From Klebsiella phage KP13-16: a stretch of 64,000 nucleotides of DNA. A program made the translations under genes and the position numbers. The stretch is taken from sequence record OP617741.1; one strand, 5' to 3'. Below the pieces are notes generated by a model that worked only from the letters and a program-made list of their open reading frames with translations, had not been told where the DNA came from and searched no databases. Of the stretch, positions 9,035-17,165 are shown piece after piece (within the stretch, counting starts at the first letter, position 1; each line of letters starts with the position of its first letter).

Positions 9035-10081
9035 TTAACTTCCTATAAGTTTTTTAATTTCTTTCATTGCTTCATTGAAGCGGTTTTCGTAAGTCCCACC
9101 AATTTGGATAACTGGACACTTCTCATACACTTTATAAACGTTGTATACAAAATTGTCAAGAACCTTTTGTGATTTTTCTCTGTCATCTTGTGTTGATTTT
9201 TTACGTAAAGGGTCATCTACCCAAGGGATGTCATTACGTAAGTACAAGACAAGATCATATTTCTCAGCAAAACAGATCTCAGATAGCAGTGGTGAATAGT
9301 GTTGCAAGTTATTAAATGTATTCATAGAAAAATCTGTCACAACTGCATTTGTATCACTCAACAAAATCTTGTTTGCATATGGCAAAAGTTCCTTTTCTTT
9401 CATCTTATGCTTCATAGCAACGTATACATAGTCTTCAGGCTTCATGTAAGCCTCTGTGAGTCCATATTCTTGCTCACAGATAGTTCGACCTACCTCCTCT
9501 ACAAAAACCGTCTGTAGAGCTTTAGAGAGCTTTTTAACTAGTGTTGATTTGCCAGTAGACTCTACACCAATGATACAAACTTTTTTCACATAGTGTTTTC
9601 TCATGGCTGGTGCAATAAAATCCCAGTACTTATAGGGATTATTTCTGATCATTGTTGCACTGATAGTCACTTCATCACGGTTAGCATCTACAACGATGTG
9701 CTCAGAGTCTGGAAAATTATCTTTAAGATACTTATCATAACTAGGTTCGCTGGTAAATACTTTATCGAAGTGTAGAGTTCTAGTCTTTTTCTTCAGCATA
9801 TTAGTAAACATTACTTCACCTTCTGGATAACCAGGAACAGCACTTTCATCAATGACATTAACGATGATGTTATTAAAATCTTTAAAGGTTTCAATCAAAG
9901 CTAAATGTCTGTTGGCTTTGGTTAAAGGTTCACTAACACTATGTTCTAATGTATCATTGAATTTTTGATCATAACTTAAGACCACATGCAATGTGTCAAC
10001 CAAAGCAGAAGCTTTGATCACCATGTTGATGTGTCCTAAGTGTAAAGGTGCAAACTTCCCAAAAATCAAACCAATAGTCAT
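9035..10081 (-). CDS. bifunctional NMN adenylyltransferase / ribosylnicotinamide kinase (NadR-like, no HTH domain)
   Basis: 348 aa; N-terminal nucleotidyltransferase motif GKFAPLHLGH (HxGH), C-terminal P-loop IGVESTGKSTL as in NadR kinase domain. Confidence 0.7.
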   Translation of the reverse strand: MTIGLIFGKFAPLHLGHINMVIKASALVDTLHVVLSYDQKFNDTLEHSVSEPLTKANRHLALIETFKDFNNIIVNVIDESAVPGYPEGEVMFTNMLKKKTRTLHFDKVFTSEPSYDKYLKDNFPDSEHIVVDANRDEVTISATMIRNNPYKYWDFIAPAMRKHYVKKVCIIGVESTGKSTLVKKLSKALQTVFVEEVGRTICEQEYGLTEAYMKPEDYVYVAMKHKMKEKELLPYANKILLSDTNAVVTDFSMNTFNNLQHYSPLLSEICFAEKYDLVLYLRNDIPWVDDPLRKKSTQDDREKSQKVLDNFVYNVYKVYEKCPVIQIGGTYENRFNEAMKEIKKLIGS

Positions 10082-10377
10082 TAATGGATCTCCACAATAT
10101 TTTTATCTAAATCTGAAGCTGTAACTTTATCAAGACTCTTCAGTGTGATCAAGCCTCTTTTGTCATAAAGTTTCATCACACTGGTGTACTGTTTGAAGAC
10201 ATCTTCAAAACTTCTTTCTGTTTCCGTTACCACTACAACAGGTTGACCATGGATTACAGAGAGTCTTACACTTCTTACCTGATCTAAGAACAAGACTTCT
10301 TCAGTGGTAGGTTTCTCTTTACGCATACGCTTGTTCGGTTTATCTACCACTGACATGATTGTAGTAAAATCTGACAT
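10081..10377 (-). CDS. hypothetical protein
   Basis: 98-aa ORF, last gene of the minus-strand block. Confidence 0.3.
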   Translation of the reverse strand: MSDFTTIMSVVDKPNKRMRKEKPTTEEVLFLDQVRSVRLSVIHGQPVVVVTETERSFEDVFKQYTSVMKLYDKRGLITLKSLDKVTASDLDKNIVEIH

Positions 10378-10652
10378 AAGTACCTCATAATTATTAATTT
10401 ATGTATAGATACTAACTATCTATTAGACTAAAGTCAAGATTATTTTTAACTTTACTATGTGATCAAAAGATGATAAAACATAAATTTAGATCACAAAACA
10501 ACTGTATAAATTTACATGTGATCTAAATTATATTAATTATTTATAATTAATAATATATAATCATAAGTTAGTCTATAAACTAGATCATAAGTTAGTATTG
10601 TGTGCCTTTTTGGGGACAATTAGGAATGTCTCTTTTTAGGGACAATTAGGTG

Positions 10653-10681
10653 TTGACACTGAAACTGTGAAGTGGTAAAAC
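10653..10681 (+). promoter_or_regulatory. sigma70-like promoter for the regulator-prs-nadV operon
   Basis: TTGACA (10653-10658), 17-nt spacer, TAAAAC; preceded by two 19-nt direct repeats CTTTTT(G/A)GGGACAATTAGG. Confidence 0.4.
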
Positions 10682-10714
10682 TTATAGAGTGAGATACAGG
10701 CAGGAGCAACTTGG

Positions 10715-11098
10715 ATGAAAATAAGGTTAGATGACAATGAGATTACAATAAAAGAGAACTCTTTTGTCTCTATCCCTGTCTACTGGGTTTTCGATAAGAG
10801 GTTGTCTGGTGGTGATTTACAAAGATTGATAAGATTATGGTGGAGATATGACTACTTTTGTCACTTGGCTAAGAAGAAAGACAAGCTTGCAGATTTGACT
10901 AAAGTGTTCTATCCTTCCCAACAAACATTGTGTGAATTACTTGGATTTGGGGAAAAATCAAGAACAAAAGTAACAGAGTTCTTGAAAAGGATGGAAGAGT
11001 ATGGTTATATACAAAGAATCAAGAGTGGTTTTGTAGACCAATCAGGTCATGCAAAACCAAGACATTACATAGTAGTTAATAGAGGAGATTTAAAATGA
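10715..11098 (+). CDS. putative winged-helix transcriptional regulator
   Basis: 127 aa; segment SQQTLCELLGFGEKSRTKVTEFLKRMEEYGYIQR looks like a MarR/wHTH recognition unit; first gene after a repeat-rich divergent region. Confidence 0.35.
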   Translation: MKIRLDDNEITIKENSFVSIPVYWVFDKRLSGGDLQRLIRLWWRYDYFCHLAKKKDKLADLTKVFYPSQQTLCELLGFGEKSRTKVTEFLKRMEEYGYIQRIKSGFVDQSGHAKPRHYIVVNRGDLK

Positions 11099-11895
11099 GT
11101 CTTGAACTTAGACTGAACAAACTTATTGTTCCTGTAGACCACTTTACGTTCAAAGGTGGTGAGGAGCAAGTGAAGATTGACTTGAACCATGTTCCGAAAG
11201 GTAGTATTGGTTTTGTTGATATTACTGCTAAAATCAAAAACTCGACTGACGTCATGGCATTAGCTATGTTAGTAGATGCATGTTCTCGCCTTGAGAATCT
11301 GGATGTTACTACAGAGTTTATTTTAAATTTACCCTACATCCCCTATGCTCGACAGGATCGTGTAATGCAGCCTGGTGAAGCTTTATCCATCAAAGTTTTC
11401 GCTAACATCATTAACTCACTCGGGTTTGATAAGGTAATTGTCGATGATCCGCATAGCGATGTATCCGCAGCACTTCTTAACAACGTTAAAATTCGTGGTC
11501 AGGATACTCTTGTTGCGGAATTCCATGAAGGTCTCGCTGGCAAAGATGTTGTTATCGTTGCCCCTGATGCTGGAGCACGTAAAAAAGCACAGAAAGTTTC
11601 CGACCGCCTACGCCTCCCTCTCGTGGAAGCTGGGAAAGTACGTGACCTGAAGACAAATGAAATTACCGGTACTGCTGTTTTCGGTGATGTTGAAGGCCGT
11701 GAGTGTGTTATTGTTGATGATATCTGTGATGGCGGTCGAACATTCATTGCCCTAGCACAAGTACTGAAGGCAAAAGGTGCAAAACGAGTTATTATTTACG
11801 TAACGCATGGCATTTTTTCCTACGGTAAAGAAGTTATCTACGAAGGTGGTGTGGATGAAATCTACGCTTATCATGATTGGACGGAGAACTTTTAA
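11095..11895 (+). CDS. ribose-phosphate pyrophosphokinase family enzyme (Prs or ADPR-pyrophosphate synthetase type)
   Basis: 266 aa; PYARQDR motif and PRPP-binding loop VIVDDICDGGRT; shorter than canonical Prs. Confidence 0.65.
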   Translation: MSLELRLNKLIVPVDHFTFKGGEEQVKIDLNHVPKGSIGFVDITAKIKNSTDVMALAMLVDACSRLENLDVTTEFILNLPYIPYARQDRVMQPGEALSIKVFANIINSLGFDKVIVDDPHSDVSAALLNNVKIRGQDTLVAEFHEGLAGKDVVIVAPDAGARKKAQKVSDRLRLPLVEAGKVRDLKTNEITGTAVFGDVEGRECVIVDDICDGGRTFIALAQVLKAKGAKRVIIYVTHGIFSYGKEVIYEGGVDEIYAYHDWTENF

Positions 11896-12106
11896 TGCAA
11901 ACATTTTTTGAGATCTATGCGGCATTGTTATTTAGCTTCCTGTTTTGCCTTTGGAGTACAAAAGGATACTTTAACTGGTTTATTAAAATTGCTCTTTTTA
12001 TCGGTGTGGTGTCTGGAATCATCATCAATTATCAAAATTTAGCTTGACATAAAAATGAACGGGTGTAAAATACACCCATCAAAACAAACAAAGGAGATAC
12101 AAAACA

Positions 12107-13791
12107 TGCTGCACAAAGAAAGCCCAATTGCTTTTGCTGATTTTTACAAACCTTCACATATCTCTATGTACGATAAACGTTCTGAGATTGTTCAGGATAA
12201 CATGACACCACGAAACGCAAAGCACTTCATTCACTTCGCTGATAACGACCAGCGTGTTATGATGGCAGGTCTTCAGGGATTCATTAAGTGGTTCCTTATC
12301 GACATGTTTAACGAAAACTTCTTCAAGAAAAGTAAAGAAGAAGCTATTGAACAGTACAAAGAAATTTGTGATCTGAGTATTGGTCCTAACATGGTTGAAA
12401 CTTGGGGATTTGAAAAGCTGCATGACCTTGGTTATCTGCCACTGGAAATCCGTTCGATTCCTGAAGGTACTCTGTCTCCGGTACAGGTTCCGCTGTTCAC
12501 CATTCAGAACACGCATCCTGATTTTTACTGGTTACCTAACTTCCTGGAAAGTGTGATCTCCGCAGAAACTTGGAAAACTATTACGACTGCAACTACGTTC
12601 TGGCAGTATCGCAAGCTGTCTGAAAAATGGGCTGCTGAGACTTGCGATAACAACTTGCATGTTCCTTTCCAGAACCACTGTTTCGCATATCGTGGTGAAT
12701 CTGGGACGCACGACGCAGCACAGAGTGAGTTTGGTCAACTGATCAACTCAATGGGTACTGATACTATCCCAGCAATTCTGTATGCAAATCGTTATTACAA
12801 CATGAAAGGCAAGTTCGTTGCTGGTTCTATTCCTGCATCTGAACACTCTGTTGCAACAACGAACATCGGTTTCATCGTTGGTCGTTTACAAGGCGAAAAC
12901 CCTGACCTGACTCTTGACGAAGCACGTTTCTTGGCTGAGGTTGAGTTCCTGCGTCGTTACATTACGGAAATTTTCCCTAAAGGTTTTGTTTCCTACGTGG
13001 CAGACAGTTATGACTTCTGGGCGATTATCACCAAAGCAGCAGCGATCCTGGAACAGGACATCATGGCCCGTGATGGTCGTGTAGTGTTCCGTCCTGACTC
13101 AGGCATCCCTGAGCATATCATTGCTGGCTATCGTAGCCTCGGTGAGTTTGATGACTGGTCTGATGCACACTCAGCACTACAGGAAGATTCAAATTCAGAA
13201 GTTGCCAAGATTGAAGGTAAATACTACCGGATTCTTGTTGACGATGAGAATAATGCCTACTTCGACTTCCAACCTTCAGGTCTTGAAGAACATGAGGTTA
13301 AAGGTGCTGTACAGTGTCTGTGGGAAATCTTTGGTGGTGAAGTTAACTCCAAAGGTTACAAAGTTCTTGATAGTCATGTTGGTCTGATTTACGGTGACTC
13401 CATCACTGTTGCTCGTGCAAAAGACATCTTTGAACGTTTGAAAGAAAAAGGTTTTGCATCCAGCAACATTGTTTACGGCGTCGGTTCTTTCACCACGCAG
13501 TACACAACTCGTGATTCACTGAGTATGGCTGTCAAAGCAACTGGTCTGGTTATTGATGGTCAGCAGATTATGATTGTCAAAGAACCGAAGACAGACCTTG
13601 GCAAGAAATCTGCGAAAGGTTTTCTGAAAGTTGTTCGCAACATGTTCGGTCAGTTAGAACTGATTGACAATTGCCAGCTTGAAGAGGTACAGTCTGACGA
13701 TAACGAGTTGCGTCGTGTGTTCTACAACGGCAAGCTAATTGTCGATGAAGACCTGACAACGATTCGTGAGCGAGCAGCTTCACAACTTTAA
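12107..13791 (+). CDS. nadV: nicotinamide phosphoribosyltransferase (NAMPT/NadV family)
   Basis: 561 aa from ATG 12107 (RBS AGGAG 12093-12097; track ORF starts earlier at 12055); length and sequence typical of NAMPT-family enzymes. Confidence 0.75.
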
Positions 13792-13796
13792 AAGTT

Positions 13797-13826
13797 AAGC
13801 CCCTTAATCGGGGCTTTTTATTTTGT
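13797..13826 (+). terminator. rho-independent terminator after nadV
   Basis: AAGCCCC-TTAATC-GGGGCTT hairpin followed by TTTTTATTTT. Confidence 0.55.
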
Positions 13827-13902
13827 TAATTTGACATAAAATCTTACTCTGGTGTATAGTAATATTACCAAACTATTAACTATAACCTTTTTGTGAGATT
13901 TT

Positions 13903-14145
13903 ATGGATAAACCCAATAACAATAATAAACCAACTTATAATTTTTATTTTAGATGTAAAGCCTGTGATGCCCCTCTTAACCACAATTCCTACAATGTCAA
14001 AAATGGTATAAATGAATCACCATACTGCTCCAGGTGTGCTTCATACTCTTTTGATAACTCAAACTCAGATCGAGAATATGAACATCAATACTTAAGCGAA
14101 CTAGATTTTTCTGGAAATGGAATAAAATCTGAAGATTTTGATTAA
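13903..14145 (+). CDS. hypothetical zinc-ribbon protein
   Basis: 80 aa; CKACDAP...CSRCASYS cysteine pairs. Confidence 0.3.
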   Translation: MDKPNNNNKPTYNFYFRCKACDAPLNHNSYNVKNGINESPYCSRCASYSFDNSNSDREYEHQYLSELDFSGNGIKSEDFD

Positions 14146-14227
14146 AATTTTAAAAACATACTTGACTTCAGTTTATGACTTTTGCTATAGTTCATTTCGA
14201 ACGAGTTAATAAACAAAGGAGTTAATT

Positions 14228-15667
14228 ATGTCTAAGCTGTTTGATGCATCCCGTAGTAAGTCCCAACTGACACTTAATGGTGCAGTTACTCATGAATCTT
14301 CACTGAATAAAAATGTGGATTTGTTTTTCCAGATTGGTACTTTACGTAAGAATCCAAATGTTGTTTCTGATGATCTTTTCTGGCAAGCTCTTAGTGAAGA
14401 TGCGGAAACTGCTGTACGTATTCTTCTATACTCCCGAGATATTCGCGGAGGTATGGGTGAAAGAAATATTTTTAGAAAAACATTTAAAAACATTTGTGAC
14501 CAGAATCCAAAACTCGCAACACGTTTGTTAGTTAAGATTCCAGAACTTGGTCGTTGGGACGATGTTCTTGAAGCTATTGGAACACCAGTTGAAAAAGAAG
14601 CCTTGCAGTTTATCGCTGACTGTTTAACAGATAAGACTAACGCAGGACTATGCGCAAAATGGATGCCACGTATGCGTGGAAATAACACAGTTAAAAATAA
14701 AAATAATGCAAAGGTACTTGCTAAATTTATGAAACTGAGTTATCAGGAATATAATAAACTCTTGTCATCTTTGTCTAATACTGTGGAACAGAGTCTTTCT
14801 CGCAAAGAATACGGTGCTATTGATTATAGCAAGCTGCCATCGCTTGCAGCAGCACGTTATCAGGCACTATTTAATCGTGTGGACAGTGAACGTTATGCAC
14901 AGTATCGTGAAAGCCTGATTAAAGAAGATGGACAAGCTAAGATCAATGCAGGTGCTGTTTATCCGTATGATATTGTAAAATCTTGTATGCACGGAGATAA
15001 GTCAGTAGCAAATGCCCAATGGAAAGCATTGCCAGATTATACTGAAGGTACAAGTGAAAACATTATCTGTTTATCTGATGTTTCTGGTTCTATGACATTC
15101 CCAGAGGCAAAAGTTTCTGGTGATATTTATGCTCTTCATGTAGGGATTGCTTTATCTCTTTACATTGCTGAACGTAATAAAGGTATCTTCAAAGATCAGA
15201 TGATGGTATATTCAACAAATCCTTATTTTATCGATGTAGGAAGTTCCTTGACTCTTGCACAGAAACTTGCTAAGGTACAAGAACATGTTGAGTATGGATC
15301 AACTGATATTATGAAAGCTTTTGCAAGAATTCTTGAGTTAGGTAAGAAACACAACTTGACACAAGAGGATATGCCTAGTAAAGTTATCGTATTCTCTGAT
15401 ATGGAATTTAACCAAGCCATTTCAGGTATGACAAACTTTGAGTCTATTGCTCTTATGTATAGTCAATCTGGATATACCTTGCCTCAGCTTGTTTTCTGGA
15501 ATCTTGCAGCCCATCAGAGAGGCAACGTGCCAGTTCAAGTAGGTCAGAAAGGTACAGCATTGGTTTCAGGATTTTCACCAGCGATTATGAAAGGACTCTT
15601 GACAGGTGAGTTAGAACCTGTTAAAGTTATGCAGAAGTTAGTTAACGTACCACGTTATGATTTCTAA
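14228..15667 (+). CDS. vWA (MIDAS) domain protein with N-terminal alpha-helical domain; candidate Ro60/Rsr-like (TROVE/DUF2828-type) RNA-binding protein
   Basis: 479 aa; MIDAS DxSGS motif CLSDVSGSMTF plus downstream GSTD and FSDME elements; long helical N-domain; sits immediately upstream of the Y-RNA-like elements, mirroring bacterial rsr-yrl operons. TROVE assignment not verifiable by eye. Confidence 0.4.
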   Translation: MSKLFDASRSKSQLTLNGAVTHESSLNKNVDLFFQIGTLRKNPNVVSDDLFWQALSEDAETAVRILLYSRDIRGGMGERNIFRKTFKNICDQNPKLATRLLVKIPELGRWDDVLEAIGTPVEKEALQFIADCLTDKTNAGLCAKWMPRMRGNNTVKNKNNAKVLAKFMKLSYQEYNKLLSSLSNTVEQSLSRKEYGAIDYSKLPSLAAARYQALFNRVDSERYAQYRESLIKEDGQAKINAGAVYPYDIVKSCMHGDKSVANAQWKALPDYTEGTSENIICLSDVSGSMTFPEAKVSGDIYALHVGIALSLYIAERNKGIFKDQMMVYSTNPYFIDVGSSLTLAQKLAKVQEHVEYGSTDIMKAFARILELGKKHNLTQEDMPSKVIVFSDMEFNQAISGMTNFESIALMYSQSGYTLPQLVFWNLAAHQRGNVPVQVGQKGTALVSGFSPAIMKGLLTGELEPVKVMQKLVNVPRYDF

Positions 15668-15689
15668 ATAATTAAAAATAGGGGTTGAC

Positions 15690-15720
15690 AAGGTGTTAGC
15701 CCCTATGCTAAAGTAAATAC
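15690..15720 (+). promoter_or_regulatory. putative sigma70-like promoter ahead of the Y-like RNA/tRNA array
   Basis: TTGACA inside hairpin TAGGGG...CCCCTA, 17-nt spacer, TAAAGT. Confidence 0.3.
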
Positions 15721-15755
15721 ATAGTTTAGAAACAAAGATTTATCTATAAAAGGTT

Positions 15756-15780
15756 CTTGAAGATTTACAGCAAATCTAAA
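15756..15780 (+). repeat. stem+TTTACAGCAAAT motif element E1 (no tRNA module)
   Basis: GAAG-ATTTACAGCAAATCT; hairpin AGATTT-ACAGC-AAATCT. Confidence 0.4.
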
Positions 15781-15824
15781 ACAACATTACACTTGAAATG
15801 TAGCGAAAAGAATATCTTCTGAAT

Positions 15825-15864
15825 CTTTTATAAATAAATCTTGGTAAGAAGAAATACAGCAATT
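15825..15864 (+). repeat. stem+motif element E2 (no tRNA module)
   Basis: TCTTCT (15825-15830) pairs with AGAAGA (15847-15852), followed by AATACAGCAATT. Confidence 0.4.
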
Positions 15865-15904
15865 TTAAAATTTCATGCATAGAAAATAAATTCTTCTGCC
15901 GACA

Positions 15905-16047
15905 ATTTTATCAAAGAAGCTTTACAGCAAATAAAATCTAATGGGAACTTTGGGTCGTAGGTTCAAATCCTGCTTCCCCGAACAAGTAACGGGGAATAGC
16001 TCAGTCTGGTAGAGCAAAAGTATAGAAAAATAGCTTCTGATAATTAA
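15905..16047 (+). ncRNA. Y-RNA-like (YrlA-like) permuted tRNA mimic 1
   Basis: Order: helix strand AGAAGCT (15915-15921), motif TTTACAGCAAAT, ACTTT-GGGTC-GTAGG-TTCAAAT-CCTGC-TTCCCCG-A, 8-nt loop, CGGGGAA-TA-GCTC-AGTCTGGTA-GAGC-A-AAAGT, A-rich, helix strand AGCTTCT (16032-16038). Acceptor strands 7/7 complementary, anticodon-stem strands 5/5. Extended bulged helix TTATC/GATAA. Confidence 0.5.
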
Positions 16048-16059
16048 ATTAGCCGACGT

Positions 16060-16205
16060 AGTTATACAGCAAAATATACTGGAAAATAGTAAAACTCCCG
16101 ACATATGTCTTCGCTGGTTCGAATCCAGTCTTCCTCCACCAAACATTCTATGGAGGAATAGGGAAGTGGTTAAACCCAGGAGTCCAAAAACAAAACTACT
16201 GGCAA
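16060..16205 (+). ncRNA. Y-RNA-like permuted tRNA mimic 2 (type-II tRNA-like, long variable arm)
   Basis: GCC..GTAGTT (16062-16073) + ATACAGCAAAAT, then ACTCC, variable arm CGACATATGTCTTCG, T-arm CTGG-TTCGAAT-CCAG, TTCCTCC-A-CCA, 9-nt linker, GGAGGAA-TA-GGG..CCC-A-GGAGT, A-rich, then AACTAC-T-GGC (16194-16203) pairing with the leader. Confidence 0.5.
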
Positions 16206-16208
16206 ACA

Positions 16209-16336
16209 AATTCGAGAAGGTTTTCAGCAACTAATATCTTTCACTGGTAATGAAGAGTTGTCGGTTCGAGTCCGGCTCAGGTCTTTAGACTTGATAGTTT
16301 AATCGGGAAAACGTTATGATAAATACCTTCTGAATA
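16209..16336 (+). ncRNA. Y-RNA-like permuted tRNA mimic 3
   Basis: Leader AGAAGGT (16215-16221) + TTTTCAGCAACT, T-arm GTCGG-TTCGAGT-CCGGC, TCAGGTC-T, 3-nt loop TTA, GACTTGA-TA-GTTT...AAAC, then ATAAATA + ACCTTCT (16325-16331) complementary to leader; anticodon-like stem not resolved. Confidence 0.4.
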
Positions 16337-16343
16337 GTATTAA

Positions 16344-16419
16344 GCTCCAATAGCACAACAGGCAGTGCAGTTCCCTTGTAAGGATCAGGTTGGGAGTTCG
16401 ATTCTCTCTTGGAGCACCA
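16344..16419 (+). tRNA. tRNA-Thr(TGT)
   Basis: 76 nt; acceptor GCTCCAA/TTGGAGC, D-arm GCAC/GTGC, anticodon loop CTTGTAA, T-loop TTCGATT, encoded CCA. Confidence 0.7.
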
Positions 16420-16616
16420 AATTTGCTCTCCTGTAGAGACCTTAGGGCTTGCAGGATTTACGTGTGGCGTATCAGAGCAAACTAAATGAGAAGGCCGGGG
16501 ACGCCCTGCTAAAGCCGTCCATCTGAGTAGGTCTAAGATTAAGTATGTGAGGAAATTTATTGCTTGCATTAAAAACTCCGCTTAAAGACATTCACTACAA
16601 AGGGGCGCAAAAATTT

Positions 16617-16692
16617 GGGGTCGCATGTACTAAGGTAGCGAGGGAGGTTTGCACCTTTCCTGTAAAGGGTTCAATTCCCTTCGACTCCACCA
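16617..16692 (+). tRNA. tRNA-Ala(TGC)
   Basis: 76 nt; acceptor GGGGTCG/CGACTCC (one G-T), anticodon loop TTTGCAC, T-arm AAGGG-TTCAATT-CCCTT, CCA. Confidence 0.55.
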
Positions 16693-16907
16693 AATTTGTT
16701 AGACTGCTAACAAGCTCTGGACTACCGCAGGCGAGATGGGTTCACGGGATTAAAATACCGTCTAGGGAGCAACAATTTATTGAAAAGAATTATGCAAGAT
16801 GATGTATCTCGAAACAAACATCGGAAGTGCTATCCGGTAATGCTGCCAATGTATGTTTGTGGGGTGTAGGTATTCAGAGTCACGATCTCCATCTTGCACC
16901 TAATAAT

Positions 16908-16984
16908 TGGGGATTCGCCAAGTTGGTTAAGGCACAGGACTTTGATTCCTGTATACATGTGTTCGAATCACATATCCCCTGCCA
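16908..16984 (+). tRNA. tRNA-Gln(TTG)
   Basis: 77 nt; anticodon arm CAGGA-CTTTGAT-TCCTG, T-arm ATGTG-TTCGAAT-CACAT, disc G + CCA; 1-72 T-T mismatch. Confidence 0.55.
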
Positions 16985-16993
16985 AATTATTAT

Positions 16994-17082
16994 GTGGGAA
17001 TAGCACCGTAGAGGTAGCGGCGTTGACTGTAAATCAACTTTCCGAAAGGAATCGGGTGGTTCGACTCCATCTTCCCACACCA
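16994..17082 (+). tRNA. tRNA-Tyr(GTA)
   Basis: 89 nt type II; acceptor GTGGGAA/TTCCCAC, anticodon arm GTTGA-CTGTAAA-TCAAC, long variable arm TTTCCGAAAGGAATC, CCA. Confidence 0.7.
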
Positions 17083-17088
17083 AATTAA

Positions 17089-17165
17089 GCGTCTGGGGCT
17101 GGCTAGGTAATGGTACTCCCCTGTCACGGGAGAGAATGCGGGATCGTAACCCGTCGGACGCGCCA
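17089..17165 (+). tRNA. tRNA-Asp(GTC)
   Basis: 77 nt; acceptor GCGTCTG/CGGACGC, anticodon arm CTCCC-CTGTCAC-GGGAG, T-arm GCGGG-ATCGTAA-CCCGT (non-canonical T-loop), CCA. Confidence 0.5.

Noticed and set aside
12154-12738. Minus-strand ORFs 12154..12516 and 12532..12738 inside nadV
   Set aside because: They are antisense to a gene that spans them entirely on the opposite strand and has a consensus RBS before its ATG at 12107; neither antisense ORF has an RBS.
15947-16318. Calling the inverted-order halves archaeal/algal-type permuted tRNA genes or scrambled tRNA pseudogenes
   Set aside because: The conserved motif, covarying leader/trailer helices, loop-capped acceptor stem and the upstream Ro60-like vWA gene fit a Y-RNA (YrlA)-like tRNA mimic better. 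The alternative is not formally excluded without expression data.
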